Virus record (IMG/VR): IMGVR_UViG_3300032242_003291
Span: 124,001 to 188,000 of that record
Length of the DNA stretch: 64,000 nucleotides
Strand: one strand, 5' to 3'
Shown here: piece by piece, positions 24,276-34,061 of the stretch
Position numbering within the stretch: position 1 is the stretch's first letter
Layout: every line of letters starts with the position of its first letter
Position numbers and translations under genes: made by a program
Notes under the pieces: model-generated
What the model was told of the DNA's origin: nothing
Databases searched by the model: none
What the model saw: only the letters and a program-made list of their open reading frames with translations

Positions 24276-24865
24276 TATCTAAGATTTGCACCACATAGCC
24301 ACGTAACTAAAGAAGTTCTTGTTCCTGATGTTAATGGAGTAACTCTATGTAAAACAAATGAAGGGAAGAAACAAATTAATCCATACTCTTTTGGGATTGA
24401 TATAATTGACCCTCCAATATTTAATTCCAAATCACCACCAACATAATCTTTTGGGTCTGATAATTGCAATACTACTGATAATTTTCTATTTGAGATTCCA
24501 GGACCTAAATCAGCATGCCAATCATAATGACCGCCATCCCCATAATAGTTAGTAAACTGTAAAGAATCATGGTAACCCCATATGTCAAAATTCCACATTT
24601 CTTTATTTGCTTGTCTAGCATAATCGGCAATTTTATCATATAACCAATTAGTTTTTTCTTCTTCTGTAATCCAAGAAATCTCACTTTTACGATAATCGCT
24701 TACTTGTGAGTCACTTCCGCCACCTACTTCAGCAAGTTTTTTAGGATAAGAGTTTCCCAATATTTTTATATCTTCTAACTCTTGTGTTGTAAACGCATTA
24801 GTAAAATAATAATAATTAAAGTGATTTACGTTGTTTCTTTCGTGTTCTAAGAAATGTTTTGACAT
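24275..24865 (-). CDS. 2OG-Fe(II) oxygenase (PKHD/prolyl-hydroxylase-like)
   Basis: YDWHAD, RKLSVVLQLSDPKDYVGGDL, FPSFVLHRVTP, RTSLVTW; start corrected to MSKHF. Confidence 0.9.
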   Translation of the reverse strand: MSKHFLEHERNNVNHFNYYYFTNAFTTQELEDIKILGNSYPKKLAEVGGGSDSQVSDYRKSEISWITEEEKTNWLYDKIADYARQANKEMWNFDIWGYHDSLQFTNYYGDGGHYDWHADLGPGISNRKLSVVLQLSDPKDYVGGDLELNIGGSIISIPKEYGLICFFPSFVLHRVTPLTSGTRTSLVTWLCGANLR

Positions 24866-24921
24866 TGTTGTTAATTTAGTTATATTAATAATAAACAAAT
24901 AAAAAAATTATTTCAATATTA

Positions 24922-25974
24922 ATGGGGAAAAAAATAAATGTTTTTGATACTATATTATTTGATGGAGATATCAAATTTTTAAAATTAAGAATTATAGAAT
25001 TTTTTGATGTTGTCGATTACTTTATTGTGTTACCGAACACAGAATACGCTAAACAAATTTTGGATATTGAATGGGAATTTGTTTCCTCACATAAGGATAA
25101 AATAGTTGTAATTAACAATTATATAAACAAATTAGATTTACAAGAATTAATAAAAGAAACAGTAAAAAAATTATATTTAAGTTTTGATGATTTAATCTTT
25201 CTATCCAAGGAAAATGAAATTCCAAACTATAAAAATTTAGTTACAGTAATTGATGAGATAAAATATAATTCTACCATATTAAATCACACAACATTTTATT
25301 GGAATATAGATTATATTCATAATGAATTGTCTCAAGGCTCTTATGTTTTCAATTTTACAAGTATTTTGACTATTTCAGATTTAATCTCAAACTTGTCGTA
25401 CAAAAAAAATTCAAATTCGGAAAAAATTATAAACGGATGGAAATTTGAAAATTTTCATAATCCTGAGGAAAATGAATCTTTTTTTCGTGAAAATTTATTA
25501 CCTTTGATGGATTATAATCCTGCAACTACTTATCAATTATCAAGAAGAGATTTTGAAATACCCGAAAATTTTAATATATTAGGGTACAATAAAATTGGGA
25601 GAGACCATATGAAAAAACACCTATTTTTAGTTGAGTCGCAAAAAAATGTCAACTTAAATGACATTAAAAAGTTATATGACTCTGTCTCAATTGTTACGTT
25701 TTCGGATAATGTGAACGAAATTATTGCTGAAAATATTGGTGATGAAGTTTATAAAAGTGTCCTTTATCTACCTGATAGAAAATTATATGGTGATTTGGGA
25801 TTGAAAGAATTTCAGGATGATTATAAGAAGAATGAAATAAAAAAAATTATATATACCGTATTTCCCTTAGACCAAGATTTAATTAGAATTATTTACAAGG
25901 ATTTCAATGACATCGAAAAAACTTGGGAACAATTGAAGGATGAAAATATCTCAAAAATAATAAACCCCTCATAA
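24922..25974 (+). CDS. Glycosyltransferase family 17-like protein (divergent)
   Basis: FDTILF…LKLRIIEFFDVVDYFIV, DLIFLSKENEIP, NGWKF resemble GT17. Confidence 0.45.
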   Translation: MGKKINVFDTILFDGDIKFLKLRIIEFFDVVDYFIVLPNTEYAKQILDIEWEFVSSHKDKIVVINNYINKLDLQELIKETVKKLYLSFDDLIFLSKENEIPNYKNLVTVIDEIKYNSTILNHTTFYWNIDYIHNELSQGSYVFNFTSILTISDLISNLSYKKNSNSEKIINGWKFENFHNPEENESFFRENLLPLMDYNPATTYQLSRRDFEIPENFNILGYNKIGRDHMKKHLFLVESQKNVNLNDIKKLYDSVSIVTFSDNVNEIIAENIGDEVYKSVLYLPDRKLYGDLGLKEFQDDYKKNEIKKIIYTVFPLDQDLIRIIYKDFNDIEKTWEQLKDENISKIINPS

Positions 25975-25987
25975 GAGGGGTTTTTTT
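25961..25987. terminator. Bidirectional intrinsic terminator
   Basis: AAACCCCTC-ATAA-GAGGGGTTT plus T-tract between convergent genes. Confidence 0.8.
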
Positions 25988-25988
25988 A

Positions 25989-27266
25989 TTAAATTACTTT
26001 CATTCTATTCATCATTTCCATGATTTTGTTTTTCTGATTGACTACCGATTCTTTAATATCTTCATCAAGGTGTGAAAACTCATCATCTCCTGTGTGAGCG
26101 GTGATTTCTTCCCATGATTTGTCTCTTGGGTCAAATTCATCAAAATCAACCTCTAACTCGTCTTCGTCAAAATCATCGTCATCAGTAAAATCTTCTGGTG
26201 AAAAAGCACTAAACTTTTCACCTGGTTTCATACCTCTTGGTTCTCCGTCAGAACCAATAACATAAGCAGCACCTTCATTATATTGACTATGTTGGTAAGG
26301 TCCCGCTTTACCAGGTCCTTCGCTATCGAAATCGTAAGCTGGGTCCATATCACCATAAATTCCTTGAGCCCCTGAAACGTCTTGTTCATCCACTTCATCT
26401 GCAAAGGCTGATTCCATTTTATCCCAACATTCATCACATTCTTCATCCATTTCCTCATAAACAGGGTAACCCGAAATAGGCCCATCACTTTGAAAATTAT
26501 AAGCGTCTTCCACGTTGCTGATATCAAAGTCAGGAGCATTTCCACCCTGTTCATCCATTTCCCCTGTATTCAAATCTTCAAATCCATCATCTTCATTATC
26601 TGAATCTTCAAAGTCATCTTCATTATCGTAATAATTTACATAATCCTCTGATTGTTCTCTCACGTGAAATGCATTCGTTTTATTAGATGCACCTTTAACG
26701 TAATCAAATTCTGCACTTGGGTTTAAATCTTGTTCATCATAGATGTCGTCTAAATGACCTGTTTCTTCATTCATATCACTTTTCCAACCACACTCAGAAC
26801 ATTCTCCTTCATACATTTCACCACCACATTCACAAACATTATGAGATTCGTCGTACTGATGTCTTTTGAATTTACCACTTCTTCTGTGTGATTTTGGACT
26901 GTGTGGGTCGTCAATTCTTGAATATTGTGGGTCACCATCTTCTTCGTGTTCTTCCATAGCACCAACCTCTCCTTTCCAACCACACTCAGTACATTCACCC
27001 TCCATCATCATTGAACCACATTCGTCACAAACTTCTTTAGTTTCTTTAGACTCATTGATTCCAAAGTTAGTATATTTTTTAACCTCACCCTTATTATTTA
27101 CAACCATACCACCTTTGTCTTTTGCAAAATCCTGAACATACAAAGGTTGTTCGTTATTAACTGTTGATTGCATGGTTCTATAACCATTATATAGACTTCT
27201 ATGTTGACTTAAAATGTTTTCTTTCTCATTTGGTGTCACATTTGAAGCTGAAAAATATGCGTTCAT
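25989..27266 (-). CDS. Very acidic protein with tandem Cys4 zinc-ribbon-like repeats
   Basis: CDECG…ECTECGWK and CECGG…ECSECGWK; Asp/Glu-rich. Confidence 0.7.
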   Translation of the reverse strand: MNAYFSASNVTPNEKENILSQHRSLYNGYRTMQSTVNNEQPLYVQDFAKDKGGMVVNNKGEVKKYTNFGINESKETKEVCDECGSMMMEGECTECGWKGEVGAMEEHEEDGDPQYSRIDDPHSPKSHRRSGKFKRHQYDESHNVCECGGEMYEGECSECGWKSDMNEETGHLDDIYDEQDLNPSAEFDYVKGASNKTNAFHVREQSEDYVNYYDNEDDFEDSDNEDDGFEDLNTGEMDEQGGNAPDFDISNVEDAYNFQSDGPISGYPVYEEMDEECDECWDKMESAFADEVDEQDVSGAQGIYGDMDPAYDFDSEGPGKAGPYQHSQYNEGAAYVIGSDGEPRGMKPGEKFSAFSPEDFTDDDDFDEDELEVDFDEFDPRDKSWEEITAHTGDDEFSHLDEDIKESVVNQKNKIMEMMNRMKVI

Positions 27267-27346
27267 AATATTATTTTTCTATAAATACCTAAAAAAGTTT
27301 TAATTTACATTTGACTCACAATAAAATCTATTTTACCTTTGTAATA

Positions 27347-27429
27347 GACAAGTGAGACTCAACATTCATTTTGATAGTATCTTGGTAATTTACTTTCGCC
27401 TTTAATTTTGAGTCCCTTGTCTTTTTTTT
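27347..27429 (+). ncRNA. Candidate small RNA
   Basis: Follows TACCTTTG promoter box; ends pair (GACAAG/CTTGTC, GACTCAA/TTGAGTC); T8 tract. Confidence 0.5.
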
Positions 27430-27464
27430 GCCAATTTCTCAAATTTACCTATCTTTGTAATGTT

Positions 27465-28124
27465 ATGATAAGAATAGACGAAAATATGCTAACAAATGTG
27501 TGGATAACTTCCGACACTCACTTTTCCCACAAAAATATATGTAGGGGAACTACCGCATGGAGAACTCAAGAAGGTGAAATACCTATCTCACAGACTCGTG
27601 ATTTTTCTACGTTAGAAAAGATGAATGCGACAATAGTTAACAACATCAATCAAAGTGTCGGACAAGATGATATATTAATTCACCTTGGTGACTGGTCGTT
27701 TGGTGGATTTGACCAAATACGCGAATTTTGGGATAGACTTATATGTAAAAACATACACTTGGTTTTAGGTAATCACGACCACCACATAGAAAATAACAGA
27801 GATGGGTCTCAAGGGTTATTCAAATCCGTATCTCACTACAATACACTTGAATTAGGTCAATTTAAATTTCGTTTGATGCACTATCCCATAAGTTCTTGGG
27901 ATGGTCTTAATAAGGGTGTAATGCACTTGCACGGTCACTGCCACCTTCCAACACACATGAGGTTCGGTAAGGGTCAGAGAATGGATGTGGGTATGGATGG
28001 TCACCCTGAATTTAGACCTTATAACGTATATCGTGAAGTAGTACCTTTGTTAAGACACAGAGAGAAACTTTCCGAAATGCCAAATGACCACCACGTAGAA
28101 AGATTATTAAATTCTGATAAGTGA
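27465..28124 (+). CDS. Calcineurin-like metallophosphoesterase
   Basis: TSDTHFSH, HLGDWSF, LGNHD, MHYP, HLHGHCH; start corrected to MIRID. Confidence 0.9.
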   Translation: MIRIDENMLTNVWITSDTHFSHKNICRGTTAWRTQEGEIPISQTRDFSTLEKMNATIVNNINQSVGQDDILIHLGDWSFGGFDQIREFWDRLICKNIHLVLGNHDHHIENNRDGSQGLFKSVSHYNTLELGQFKFRLMHYPISSWDGLNKGVMHLHGHCHLPTHMRFGKGQRMDVGMDGHPEFRPYNVYREVVPLLRHREKLSEMPNDHHVERLLNSDK

Positions 28125-28441
28125 TGACAACGGTAGAATTATTTTATAAACCTCCAAAAGATGAATGCTTCGAGGAACTACGAACAATTTGTATTCGCTT
28201 TTGGAGGTCTTTTGATGAGGTCGAGTATGTGGAAGAAAAGATTAATAGAATAAAGGATTTAACAAACGAAAGTTGTAATTTTGTGATGATGATTCAAATG
28301 ATTCATCCTGTAAGTAGAGAGTTAATTGCAAAATTACTATCTTTGGAGACCCGAAATGAAATTAGTATGAGATTACATGGGTGGGGAACAGAAAACGAAT
28401 TTGATTTTTTCAACATTTGGAATATAGATAACAATTTATGA
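28121..28441 (+). CDS. Hypothetical protein
   Basis: 106-aa ORF in operon. Confidence 0.6.
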   Translation: MMTTVELFYKPPKDECFEELRTICIRFWRSFDEVEYVEEKINRIKDLTNESCNFVMMIQMIHPVSRELIAKLLSLETRNEISMRLHGWGTENEFDFFNIWNIDNNL

Positions 28442-28851
28442 GTGGAGTATTATTTTTAGTTAGAGGACTACCTGGTTCAGGTAAGACATCATTCGCCACA
28501 GCGATTTGGAATGAATATGCTGTTTGTGAAGCCGATAAGTTTTTTTATGATAAAGAAGGGAACTATAACTTTGATGGGTCAAAGTTAAAAGAAGCTCACG
28601 AATGGTGTAAAAAAGAAGTGGAAACCAGAATGATTGACCACCAAAACAATGGACAATATTATCCCGAGATAGCAGTTTCAAATACTTTTACTCAAGAATG
28701 GGAAATGGAAGATTATTTCAAATTAGCTGAAAAATATGGATACAAAGTTGTATCTTTGATTATTGAAAATAGACACGGAAATAAAAGTGTTCATGGAGTA
28801 CCTGACGCTAAAATCCAAATTATGAAAGAAAGATTTGAAATTCAATTATAG
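28438..28851 (+). CDS. P-loop polynucleotide-kinase-like protein
   Basis: VRGLPGSGKTS Walker A, EADKFF, VSNTFTQEWE, HGVPD. Confidence 0.85.
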   Translation: MSGVLFLVRGLPGSGKTSFATAIWNEYAVCEADKFFYDKEGNYNFDGSKLKEAHEWCKKEVETRMIDHQNNGQYYPEIAVSNTFTQEWEMEDYFKLAEKYGYKVVSLIIENRHGNKSVHGVPDAKIQIMKERFEIQL

Positions 28852-28852
28852 T

Positions 28853-29086
28853 ATGATAAACCCATTTTGTTACATTGGTGCTCATAATTGGGAGTACCGT
28901 AAAGAGAAACATAAAGTAGAAAACCATCCTTTGGGTAGAGAATACGTCCGAGTTGTGGTTAGAGAATGTAAGTGGTGCGGACATAGAGAACACCACAGTT
29001 TACCGAGAGTAGGTAGAAAATTTACTCTGTGGAGAGACTTTGACAATTTTGGAAAAGACGACACAATAAAATTTGAACAATTATAA
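28853..29086 (+). CDS. Small Cys/His zinc-binding hypothetical protein
   Basis: C-x-IGAHNW…RECKWCGH. Confidence 0.6.
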   Translation: MINPFCYIGAHNWEYRKEKHKVENHPLGREYVRVVVRECKWCGHREHHSLPRVGRKFTLWRDFDNFGKDDTIKFEQL

Positions 29087-29096
29087 AAACAAACAC

Positions 29097-29318
29097 ATGC
29101 AAACATTAGTATTCAACACAACAACTAAAACCGCAAAACTTTACGTAGATAAGGCCGAGGATTCCGAAATTCTTTATACCTTCAATGACGTACCAACAGT
29201 AAAATTTGAAACCGATTTTTATCAAGTGATGCAAATAGACGGAACTTCAGTAGAAGATAAAAGAGTTCCTGTTGCTCGTTTTCCAATTGCAAACACAAAC
29301 ATGTTAATTAAAAAGTGA
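29097..29318 (+). CDS. Hypothetical protein
   Basis: Start at MQTLVF. Confidence 0.6.
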   Translation: MQTLVFNTTTKTAKLYVDKAEDSEILYTFNDVPTVKFETDFYQVMQIDGTSVEDKRVPVARFPIANTNMLIKK

Positions 29319-30397
29319 TAGTAGAATTAGACATATTAAACAAATACATTAGTGAGGGGTTGGTGGTCAAAAATGACCATCCAACTCTTCCTATTTCTAT
29401 CTACAATTATTCTCGTACTTGTCAGTATGAAAATAAGTGGGATGAAATCACTAAAATGTGTCGTGGTCTCATATTAGACCAAGAAGGGAACGTTATTGCC
29501 AAAGGTTTTAACAAATTCTTCAATATGGAAGAACATCAACCAGAAGAAATCCCAAATGATACATTTGAAGTATTTGAAAAATTAGACGGTTCTTTAGGAA
29601 TATTATTTTGGTACCAAGGAGAATGGATATTATCAACTAAAGGGTCATTTACTTCTAGCCAAGCCGTTAGAGCAAAAGAAATCCTAAAAAAATATAATTT
29701 CCAACCAATACCAAAAGGATATACTACTTTGGTTGAAATCATATATCCTGAAAACAGAATTGTTTGTGATTATGTAGGAGAAGAATCTTTGGTTGTTTTA
29801 TCGATGATAAACAATAGCTCAGGAAAAGAATTGGATTACACTTCTTTGTTGTACATCAGCGATGAGACTCGAATGCCAGTCGTTAAAAAATATGACGCTG
29901 TCGAGGATTATAAGACCCTCAAATCATTAATATCTAAAGACCGTGAAGGTTATGTTGTTCGTTTTAGAAATGGTTTTAGAATGAAGATAAAAGGGGAAGA
30001 ATATGTTCGTCTTCATAGAATCTTGACAGGATTTTCAAATGTGGACATATGGGAATATCTAAAAGACGGAAGAAATATTGATGAATTATTGGACAGAGTT
30101 CCTGACGAATTTGATAAATGGGTCAAAACCACAATCAAAGACCTTAGATATGCAAAAATGAGTATTCAAGAAAATGCTGGTAAGTTATACGATAGTTTTA
30201 TAGAAAACTTAACTGGACCGCCACATTATGGTGAATTACCACCAAAAAAAGAAATTGCTGAATGGGTGATGACTCATGAAGAATTTTTAAGACCTATTTT
30301 ATTCAGAATGTTTGATAATAAGGATTCTTCTGAATATATTTGGAAACTAATTAAACCAAAGTATTCAAAGCCGTTTTGGCAAAAGGAGATTGAATGA
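29315..30397 (+). CDS. RNA ligase 1 family (T4 Rnl1-like)
   Basis: IYNYS, CRGLILD, FNKFFN, EKLDGSLG motif I, EIIYP, REGYVVRF…MKIKGEEY. Confidence 0.9.
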   Translation: MIVELDILNKYISEGLVVKNDHPTLPISIYNYSRTCQYENKWDEITKMCRGLILDQEGNVIAKGFNKFFNMEEHQPEEIPNDTFEVFEKLDGSLGILFWYQGEWILSTKGSFTSSQAVRAKEILKKYNFQPIPKGYTTLVEIIYPENRIVCDYVGEESLVVLSMINNSSGKELDYTSLLYISDETRMPVVKKYDAVEDYKTLKSLISKDREGYVVRFRNGFRMKIKGEEYVRLHRILTGFSNVDIWEYLKDGRNIDELLDRVPDEFDKWVKTTIKDLRYAKMSIQENAGKLYDSFIENLTGPPHYGELPPKKEIAEWVMTHEEFLRPILFRMFDNKDSSEYIWKLIKPKYSKPFWQKEIE

Positions 30398-30642
30398 TGA
30401 AAGATAAATTTGATGAAATATTTTACAACACAATACCGCATTCATCTTTCTTATCGAAACATGCCATTGACAGTTGTATGCATCAAGCATATATGTTAGG
30501 AAAACATGAAGACGAGGAACGATATGTCAAACTTAGAAAAGCTTTTTTGGAGCTTTTGGAAAATTGGGGTGATTATGGTAATTACAATTCAGGAAGAAAT
30601 CAAATGGAAGAAGACTGGAAAAAACAAGGAGGATTAATATGA
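30394..30642 (+). CDS. Hypothetical protein
   Basis: 82-aa ORF in operon. Confidence 0.55.
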   Translation: MMKDKFDEIFYNTIPHSSFLSKHAIDSCMHQAYMLGKHEDEERYVKLRKAFLELLENWGDYGNYNSGRNQMEEDWKKQGGLI

Positions 30643-30827
30643 AAAAATGGTTTATAGCACAAAATGGTTTTTATCGTATTCACGGTAAGATTTGGATTAT
30701 TCCATGTATTAGTATTTGGTACGATAAAGAGTATTTTTTAGAAACAGGTGTTACATCACCCGCAATTGGTTTACATTTCGCATGGCTACATTATACCTAT
30801 GGTTTAACAATACAAAAAGGATATTAA
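30639..30827 (+). CDS. Hypothetical protein
   Basis: 62-aa ORF in operon. Confidence 0.55.
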   Translation: MKKWFIAQNGFYRIHGKIWIIPCISIWYDKEYFLETGVTSPAIGLHFAWLHYTYGLTIQKGY

Positions 30828-30828
30828 T

Positions 30829-31890
30829 ATGAATAATTTAGACGCAAGATATCAAGCACTAATCGAAGACATTTTACATTGTGGTGTTGAGAAAAAAGAT
30901 AGAACAGGTACTGGTACTATATCGGTATTTGGTAGACAAATTCGTCACAAAATGAGTGAAGGATTTCCATTACTTACAACTAAGAAAATGGCTTGGAAAA
31001 GTATTGTGACTGAATTATTATGGTTCCTTCGTGGGAATACCAATATCAAATACCTTGTTGATAATGGTTGTCACATATGGGATGGTGATGCTTATAAGAA
31101 TTACAAAACCAAAACTGAATTATTGGTTGGACATGGATTTCACGGAACATTATTAGCACAAGAAGAGTTTATCAACAAAGTTAAAACCGATAATGAGTTT
31201 GCTGAACGATGGGGTGATTTAGGGCCAATCTATGGTAAGCAATGGAGAAAATGGAAATATCAAGAGAATGAATGGTATGATGGTCACACACATTATCCTG
31301 AAATATCCACATCAATTGACCAAATTTCAAATTTAGTACAACAATTAAAAACAAATCCAGATAGCAGACGTTTAATGGTTAGTGCTTGGAATGTGGCTGA
31401 ATTAGGTCAAACGATTTTACCACCTTGCCATTATGGGTTTCAAATTTATACAAGAGAGTTAAGTTGGGAAGAACGAACTGAATTATTAGATACAACAAAC
31501 GGACCTTGGAATGGTATTGGTGAAATCACAATACAAATGGATAAACAAAATATTCCTGTGCGAGCAATATCTTTAATGTGGAATCAGCGTTCAGTAGATA
31601 CGTTCTTAGGATTACCATTCAATTTGGCATCATATGGTTTGTTATTAGAAATCCTTGCAAAGGAAGTTGATATGATTCCCGATGAATTGATTTGTAATTT
31701 AGGTGATGTACATTTATATTCAAATCATATTGAACAAGCAAAAGAACAAGTTGAAAGAACGTCATTTGAGTTACCTACATTAGAAATATTGAATACCGAA
31801 GTAGATGATATTGCTCACTATGAAATAGAAGACTTTGTAATTAAAAATTATCAATCACACCCTCCAATAAAGGCACCTTTAAGTAACTAA
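30829..31890 (+). CDS. thyA: Thymidylate synthase
   Basis: DRTGTGT, FPLLTTKK, ELLWFLRG, DSRRLMVSAWN, LPPCH, QRSVD…GLPFNLASY, GDVHLYSNH. Confidence 0.97.
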   Translation: MNNLDARYQALIEDILHCGVEKKDRTGTGTISVFGRQIRHKMSEGFPLLTTKKMAWKSIVTELLWFLRGNTNIKYLVDNGCHIWDGDAYKNYKTKTELLVGHGFHGTLLAQEEFINKVKTDNEFAERWGDLGPIYGKQWRKWKYQENEWYDGHTHYPEISTSIDQISNLVQQLKTNPDSRRLMVSAWNVAELGQTILPPCHYGFQIYTRELSWEERTELLDTTNGPWNGIGEITIQMDKQNIPVRAISLMWNQRSVDTFLGLPFNLASYGLLLEILAKEVDMIPDELICNLGDVHLYSNHIEQAKEQVERTSFELPTLEILNTEVDDIAHYEIEDFVIKNYQSHPPIKAPLSN

Positions 31891-31891
31891 A

Positions 31892-32074
31892 ATGGATATA
31901 GAAGAAAAAAAATTGTCCGATTTTCTTAGGTCTGAACAATTCAAAGAATCTTTTAGAAAAAGAGTTGAAGAAGAGACGTGGGGTAAAGGTAGACCAATGG
32001 TTTATCTTGACGATGATGGTTGGATTGTAAAACATTGGAAAGATGGTACAATTGAAAAAATTAAAAGGGCTTAA
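31892..32074 (+). CDS. Hypothetical protein
   Basis: 60-aa ORF after thyA. Confidence 0.6.
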   Translation: MDIEEKKLSDFLRSEQFKESFRKRVEEETWGKGRPMVYLDDDGWIVKHWKDGTIEKIKRA

Positions 32075-32676
32075 GCAAACACAATATAAAATTGATTTAT
32101 TTTCATTGCAAATTTATCCATCAAACTATTAACTCTACTCATATCTTCAAAATCAAGGTCTTTTGATTCCATGTACTTCATAAGTCCTTGAATCATTTTG
32201 AATTTAGATTCGTCTGCCATTTCTAAAACTTCTTGAAATGCTTCATTATCTTCTTCATCTTCACCATAATATCTATCTATCCATTCTTTTCCCGAATATA
32301 AAAACGGTGCAGCCTGAAACATATTTATAACGCTAGACTCTCTAAGTTTTAATAAATATTTTTTGAAAAATTTGTAATCAAAATTCTCAAATACATCAGG
32401 ATTTTTTTGGAAATAATCATACTCTTTTGAACCAGTTTGTTCTTTAATATTTTCTTTTGGTGCAAGTTTCCAAGCATCTGTTGAAGATATAAGTGCAAGT
32501 CCGCTCCCGTTATCCCATTTAACGTTAATTAGAACGTCATCAGCGGATTCGAATGGGTCTCTACCTATTCTTGTAACAGTTCCATGAGTACCTGGAGGAA
32601 CTCCTGTTTCACCTTCCATATGGAAGCAGATTATTCTATCACCTACGTTAACTTTTGGATTTAATGGACCTTTCAT
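32071..32676 (-). CDS. DUF4314-like domain fused to a DUF5049-like helical domain
   Basis: VPPGTHGTV…VKWDNGSGLALI and LRESSVINMF patterns; start corrected. Confidence 0.55.
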   Translation of the reverse strand: MKGPLNPKVNVGDRIICFHMEGETGVPPGTHGTVTRIGRDPFESADDVLINVKWDNGSGLALISSTDAWKLAPKENIKEQTGSKEYDYFQKNPDVFENFDYKFFKKYLLKLRESSVINMFQAAPFLYSGKEWIDRYYGEDEEDNEAFQEVLEMADESKFKMIQGLMKYMESKDLDFEDMSRVNSLMDKFAMKINQFYIVFA

Positions 32677-32710
32677 ACTAATAAATATATTGAGTATATT
32701 TATAATCAAT

Positions 32711-33334
32711 ATGGAATTTCTAATTAGCGAATCACAGCTTAGAGTAATCTTAATGGAACAGGATGAGTCAAAACTAAGTGACTACATGAAACAGTTACGT
32801 TCATTTACTGTTGATATAGTAAATAAGGTAATTAAGAACTACGGAATTAATGTAAAAATGTTATTGACGTGGGGTACATCAGTTGGTGGTATGATGATGC
32901 CATTGGATGTTTATCTCAGAAGTGGAAAATTTGATTTGAATGACCAACAAAGAGCTCTTGTTTTGGCTGGAGTTGCATTTGCAATATTCTTTGAAAACAA
33001 AAGAGGCTTTGTTTCAATTTTGAAAAAAATTAAAGAGGAAGGTTTACAAGAAACCTTTCGAACTGCATTTGATAAAGCACAAAATTTAAAAATATCGTTT
33101 GAAAAATTTTTAGACTCCGTAAGAGTCACATCAAGTTCTATTTTAGATACCGTAGCATATAGTTTTTTAATTCCAATAATAACTGACATATATTCAATGG
33201 CACATAATACGTCAAGTATAAAAGAAGCTGCACAAATGATTGCAACTCGATTAGTTGCATCTGGTGTAGTAATTGTTAGTAAAGAAATTTTGGAAAATGT
33301 TCTCAAAAAAATTGTTAAAAGGCTTCGAGATTAA
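32711..33334 (+). CDS. Hypothetical protein with N-terminal ISESQL motif
   Basis: Start MEFLISESQL after TATTTAT-like motif. Confidence 0.65.
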   Translation: MEFLISESQLRVILMEQDESKLSDYMKQLRSFTVDIVNKVIKNYGINVKMLLTWGTSVGGMMMPLDVYLRSGKFDLNDQQRALVLAGVAFAIFFENKRGFVSILKKIKEEGLQETFRTAFDKAQNLKISFEKFLDSVRVTSSSILDTVAYSFLIPIITDIYSMAHNTSSIKEAAQMIATRLVASGVVIVSKEILENVLKKIVKRLRD

Positions 33335-34061
33335 ACATTTCAGGTTCTAAGTCATACTCGCCACCATAACTGTGATTCACTTCCATACCATCAAACTTAC
33401 CTATATAATATATTACTTTATAGTATAAATCATCAATACTTGTAATATCCATTTCATCACCCATAACTTCATAGATTACGTTATTAATTGAATCATTAAA
33501 ATAATCATTATCGACCATAAAATTGAATATGGTTCCTGAGGTATCTCCCGCTAATTTCATATTAGGTTTTACATATTCTCCGTCCAATGAAAAATTTGAT
33601 ATATCAACAATGAATTGAAAATCAATGTAGATATCTTCTTGTACGTAAAACTTTTCCGAAGGTCTCCAAAAAATATTAAACTTTAATTGACCAAGATTGG
33701 TTTTTAATTCTATACTATCATATTTTTTTCTAATTGTAGAGATAACTTTTTTTTGTTTTTCTTTGCTAACAAAAACTTGCGCAACAGGTTCTTTACCATC
33801 AACTAATATTTTTTCTGAATATGAAAAAGAAGTGCCTATGTATTTCCAAATATTATTTAGTATTTCAAAAATATGTCCGCTGAACACAGCAGTTGAGTAC
33901 GATTGACCTTTTTTAGGTAAAACAACATTCACAATAATATTATAAGACCACCCTTCTTTATCTGATTCGATAGAGATAAAATGATATTCAAAACCATCCT
34001 TTTCAAATGAATGGTTCATCAATACTTTTTTAACAATTTTTAATCCTGCTCTAACATCCAT
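33315..34061 (-). CDS. Hypothetical protein
   Basis: 248-aa ORF. Confidence 0.7.
   Translation of the reverse strand: MDVRAGLKIVKKVLMNHSFEKDGFEYHFISIESDKEGWSYNIIVNVVLPKKGQSYSTAVFSGHIFEILNNIWKYIGTSFSYSEKILVDGKEPVAQVFVSKEKQKKVISTIRKKYDSIELKTNLGQLKFNIFWRPSEKFYVQEDIYIDFQFIVDISNFSLDGEYVKPNMKLAGDTSGTIFNFMVDNDYFNDSINNVIYEVMGDEMDITSIDDLYYKVIYYIGKFDGMEVNHSYGGEYDLEPEMFNLEAF

Noticed and set aside
30829-31890. Intron or intein in thyA
   Set aside because: Frame is continuous and the insertions are short, without intein or group I signatures
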